A model generated the notes under the pieces. The model worked only from the letters and a program-made list of their open reading frames with translations, did not search any database and was not told the DNA's origin. DNA of 64,000 nucleotides from Takakia lepidozioides (lineage: Eukaryota; Plantae; Bryophyta), in contig CM060731.1 in assembly GCA_030704615.1 (NCBI GenBank), forward strand, positions 59,458,001-59,522,000. Reading direction: 5' to 3'. Below are positions 61,801 through 64,000 of this stretch, piece after piece; the first letter of the stretch is position 1; the number at the start of each line of letters is the position of its first letter. A program made the translations under genes and the position numbers.

Positions 61801-64000
61801 GGAGGAAGGGTGTTTGGTGTGCAAAGTGCCAGAATGAAGGCCATACCACCACTGAATGCCACATGAAAGAGAAACACTGTACTATCTGTAAAATGGATAA
61901 CCATTCTACTGAGAATTGTTACTACAACAGAAGGACAGCAGCTAGAGAACCTAGGCAAGTAAGGGTGCATCAAGTGCAGCCCCAGCCAAGAAGAAACAGT
62001 GATCAGGACCACTATGGTAGGCCTGGTGGTTATAACAATGGCATGGAAGGGAGAGGTAATTCAAGAGGGAATTACCAAGGAAATTCCAGAGGCAACTATC
62101 AGGGTAATCCAAGGGGGAATTACCAGCCCGGGAATCAGGATTACAGAAATAATCCAAGAGCAGACCAAGGGCGAGGACCCAATGGTGAAGAACTATGTTA
62201 CTATTGTAATCAGCCAGGACATCGCAAGGCAGCCTGTTCATTCTGGATTATCTGGAGTAAATATCATGACAGACCAATTAAGAAAGAAGCTTGGTCTAAG
62301 TAACATGAAACCAGCCCTATTTACAGTAACAATGGCAGATCAAAGGAGTGTACAGCCATTGGGATTAATAAGAGGAGTTAATACAGATACAGAAGATGAT
62401 CTTTATGATCACAATAACTGTGTTGAAGATGGATGAAGTCATGGAGGCTTACTCCTTATTATTGGGACGTCCGTGGCTGAAACAGGCCAGGGTATTCCAT
62501 GACTGGAATTCTCAGTTACTAACCGTGCATAATGGGATGCACGAGATACAAATTATCACAAAGAAATCTAGTAGATTACCTGCTACGAGAAGACCTCGAG
62601 GGGTCAGAGAGTATGACTGGAGAGGAGGACTGGATGAGGAGCAGGAAGCTACCCTGTTTGCTGCACACCCAGAGTGGGAGCAGGTTGCAGAGATGCGACT
62701 GGAAGCCTAAGTTGTTTAAGAGGTATCTGCTGTGGTGTAGTGTCAGCAACACCAATTGAAGAGGAAACCAGCAGTTACCCATCACATTTCTATGAAGAAA
62801 GAGAAGGAGAAATGGAAATCCTAGAGGAACCAGCCACTGTGAGTTTACAGGATGAAGTGGTGACTGGTTGGACAATCATAGCTGATGAGCAGGTGAGGGA
62901 AGTGAATGTGGGAACTAAAGAGGAACCGAGGATGGTGAAGGTAGGAGCTGATTTGGAGCCAGAATTCTTTGAAGAAGCTAAGAGTTTGTTCATCAAATAC
63001 AGAGATGTATTTGCTTGGAGCTATGAGGATCTAAAAGGGATACCACCTGAAATCTGTCAGCATAAGATTGAACTGGAACCAGGGTCAGTACCAATCAAGC
63101 AGGCAAGGTACAGAATGAATCCCAACTACGCACAGAAGGTTGGAGAAGAGATCAAGAAGTTGGCTGAGGCTAAGTTTATATACCCAATACCTTATGTCAT
63201 ACACAAGATGTATGATAACAACACCGCCATGTTACAAACCATTAACAAAGAGATGCTGGGAAGAGTCAATGCCAATAAGTTGAAGGGGTACAGTGGTATC
63301 CATGACAAACCATTGCAGCATGATTTGCATGTTGAAACGCAAAAGCAGTCACGGGCTGCGCTAGTGATACCAACGGAGTATGGAGCACTTGTCGCTAGGC
63401 CGAGCATATATAACCAGGGCGGGCAGAACAAGCGCGACACAGCCTATCACAGCCCATCAAGGCATGACACAGCCTATCACAGCCCATCACGGTGCAACAC
63501 AGCCTATCATAGCCCAGCACGGCGCCACACAGACTATCACAGCCCATCACGGTGCAACACAGCCTATCATAGCCCAGCACGGCGCCACACAGACTATCAC
63601 AGTCCAGCACAGCGCAATACAGCCTATCACAACCTACCACCGCGTGTCACAGCCTATCACAGCTTACCACAGTGCAACACAGCCTATCACAGCGTACCAC
63701 AGTATGACACAGCCTGTCACAGCTCAACACAGCCTACTAGGGTTACACAATCCATAGAATCAGTGACAGGTGGACGCAGGATAACTTCAGGGAAATGGCC
63801 GGCGGAAGAAAGGACGGAAGCCAGTTTTAGAAAGGGACACGTGGAAGTCAGGGCGCAACACACAGCTGAGAAGGAAGTGCAAGAACAGATGTCATCAAGA
63901 AAAGGACAAGAATGGCCGTCAAAATACCTACTTAGCACGTCAATTCGGATGAATGGCGGGCCCATTAATGAATACGGAAAAGGGGCAACAAAACAAACAG
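58812..64000 (+). mobile_element. Ty3/gypsy LTR retrotransposon: 5' LTR 58812-59714, PBS 59717-59733, extra ORF, gag, protease, truncated pol
   Basis: TG..CA LTR, PBS TGGCGACCATACTGGGA, gag YSGKGDPDVHISQF..LFPCSL with three CCHC knuckles, protease SGVNIM..LLGRPWL and the RT start VFAWSYEDL..HKIELE. An internal deletion at ~63190 runs into an integrase-like tail, and CACAGCC minisatellites lie at 58930-59080 and 63435-63735. Confidence 0.9.
59756..60301 (+). CDS. Extra ORF between PBS and gag, function unknown
   Basis: 181 open codons of normal composition immediately upstream of gag; no ATG at the called start. Confidence 0.45.
   Translation: MTGIWWDHGGWRIKEFDVNQIPCETEKERLSKRFFQRFLELPDGCKENILKRVHDADPEWGLEKGMIKIYQVACRGRARWLPTVVYVIAFLSIKRVEFEGWEERKVNVYTHMHEELVLVKNWIPKDILWIKLTPRTTFQTCLPYGYMVTETSSIAKGALKLERKPGIYERYYRREFWLLPH

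Noticed and set aside
63380-63757. 125-aa repetitive ORF
   Set aside because: It is the translation of a 30-bp CACAGCC minisatellite in the retroelement 3' region.

Overview
Eukaryotic nuclear DNA from a land plant, most likely a non-seed plant with organellar C-to-U editing. This is inferred from spliceosomal introns, a plant U3 snoRNA with a USE+TATA promoter, many PLS-DYW PPR genes and an intron-containing homoserine kinase. Ordinary host genes are an F-box/PP2 gene (1-1772), homoserine kinase (27594-30253, +), a CBS-domain SnRK1 gamma-like gene (31980-39303, -) and U3 snoRNA (23722-23944, -). The most striking region is 9.6-22.5 kb, a head-to-head inverted duplication of a gene whose spliced product fuses OSB-type PDF motifs (WWDN..KK / ..P..PDFKHK....LW) to a PLS PPR array, E domains and a DYW cytidine deaminase. 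Its PPR array is made of near-identical 303-bp triplets whose recurrent variation includes the base-specifying residues, and the copies differ in triplet number and PDF number. The second intron of the CBS gene holds stacked 5'-truncated non-LTR retroposon tails from two families. From 41 kb onward the window is nested transposons: a CACTA end, an LTR, a Ty3 element with two MITE insertions and a SINE, an unclassified ~6.5-kb block with a palindrome array, a kinase pseudogene and serial hairpins, and a second Ty3 element with an extra ORF. All calls were made by eye; boundaries are approximate unless a splice site, TIR or TSD is quoted.
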